This document shows positions 62,546-64,000 of a stretch of DNA of 64,000 bases, piece after piece (position 1 is the first letter of the stretch; the number at the start of each line of letters is the position of its first letter). Both the position numbers and the translations under genes were made by a program. Source of the DNA: Mobula hypostoma (taxonomy: Eukaryota); the NCBI RefSeq assembly GCF_963921235.1, contig NC_086097.1:177012001-177076000 (forward strand). Reading direction: 5' to 3'. Under the pieces are notes generated by a model that saw nothing but the letters and a program-made list of their open reading frames with translations, had not been told where the DNA came from and ran no database searches.

Positions 62546-64000
62546 TGTCATGCATCATAACTGTTAGGAGGCACTCCCAACCGCACCAGCTTGCAGGGCT
62601 TAGCTGCTCTAAGTCTCCGGAGCGGAGATAGCTAAAGTGGCCACTTTAAGGGTTCAGGACGGTCCTGCTAATTGGCAATCATGTTTTGGGCACCATAAAC
62701 TGAGTATTTAAAGAGCACCTGAACTGAGGTTCAATGCTCAATCATCAGACTTACTAGTGTTTTGTCCAGTATTTGTTTGTTTTGTGTTCAGTTCACTATC
62801 CGGCTTGACACCATGTCTCAATCTTTGCTTCGGGTACTCCAGCATTTGGATCCAAACCATTCTTTTCAAGGACCCTCGTCACAGTATGATTGGGCCAGTA
62901 TGGACCCAGTGAGATATCAGAGTCTTTCATCTGCTGTGGCCAACCCAGCAAGAGGGGTACAGATAGAGCCTGGAGATACACGAGCTCCAGGTAGCCATTC
63001 GTCAACTTCCACAAGAAGGAAGTCAGAATCGCTCAGGCGAGCCAAAACATCTTTCAACTCTAGAGAGATTCAACAGTGACCCGAGTCCTTGCCATAGTTT
63101 CCTTATCCAATTCTCATTAGTGTTTGAACTCCAACCATCCTGGTTCCCTTTGGAGTATGGAAAGGTGGATTTCATTATCTATCTTCTGATTGGAAGAGCC
63201 CTGGGCTAGGCCACCATGTATTGGGATCGTAGCTCAGAGATTTGCTCAGATTTGGAGGAATTCATGGGTGCTATGAGGAAGGTGGTCCATCACTCTGACA
63301 GAGCCAGCCAAGCCTTGGACCGCCTGATGAAGTTTCGACAGGTTGGGAGGTCAACGGCCAACTACATGATTGAATTTCGGACTTTGGCCCAAGAGAGTGG
63401 TTGGAACGGGGAAGCTTTGGCCACTCTATAGCACCATGGACTCCAGAATGAACCGAAGGATGCCCTTGCCTTGGGAGAACCAGCAGAACTTAGAGATTCT
63501 AGTTGACCAGTCCATCCATCTCGATGATTGCCTGGCTGAGTGAGAGGAGGTCAAAGAGAGGTGGCCTGAGCCCAGTCCCAGCACATTGCAACTTCGCTCC
63601 ACAACTGCAGACCATGACCAATCTGCCCCCGCTCAAAATCCTGATGAGCCCATGCAGGTCAGCAGCACTAGACTCTCTGCCGATGAGATGTCCCAGCGTC
63701 AGAGTCGAGGTAGTTGCTTTTACTGTGGGGAAGCAGGTCACCTGCAGCTCGAATGTCCCAGACTGCAACAGACAGAAAACTGCACAGATTGGCCAGTGTC
63801 ATGACAGTAGCGACCACTACTCCCAATCCCAGGGATTCTGGTTTCGTGCCGAAGGTGGAGTTCGCCAGGGGTAAGAACTTAAGTCAGGTGAAGGCTTCGG
63901 TGGACTCTGAGGCACTGAGACTCTGAGAGAGTAATTTTCTGGATTTAGAAAGCGCCCGTTGGTTCGACATACCACTGTGAGAGTTCAGACAGTCCTCGCC
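62546..64000 (+). mobile_element. 5' part of a decayed Ty3/Gypsy element (LTR, gag, start of protease); runs off the window
   Basis: Putative LTR ending CGTCACA at 62883 (start uncertain, 62524-62546); gag ATG at 62900; RQVGRSTANYMIEFRTLAQESGWNGEAL; zinc knuckle CFYCGEAGHLQLECP; protease-like VDSEA. Confidence 0.8.

Overview
Eukaryotic, repeat-dominated DNA with no host gene that I can recognise. The mix of CR1 LINEs, Rex1/Babar-like LINEs, V-SINE-like repeats and Penelope-type repeats suggests a cartilaginous fish (ray or shark); that assignment is inference. Most of the window is nested transposable elements. These include many CR1 copies, one young copy with an uninterrupted endonuclease+RT ORF2 (15728-18583) and a near-identical 3' fragment of it (27058-27736). 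There is a complete but decayed Buster/Charlie-type hAT DNA transposon with TIRs and an 8-bp TSD (3619-7432), which carries an internal fragment of a HERO-like retrotransposon with a restriction-enzyme-like endonuclease. There are also two solo LTRs, a decayed Gypsy provirus with both LTRs and a tRNA-Trp PBS, the 5' part of a second Gypsy element, SINEs, and a 27 x 14-bp minisatellite. The most interesting signal is a dispersed family of about 15 short non-coding elements, often palindromic, several with 12-14-bp TSDs. The better-preserved copies carry a minimal type I hammerhead ribozyme (AGTC-CTGATGA-A-GGGT CTCG GCCY-GAAAC-GTC^GACT) and appear to derive from Penelope-like element ends. A degenerate HDV/CPEB3-like ribozyme candidate (~26417-26568) and a possible short first coding exon (25308-25333) in a repeat-free island are weaker leads. 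Coordinates were read by eye; boundaries of old elements are approximate.
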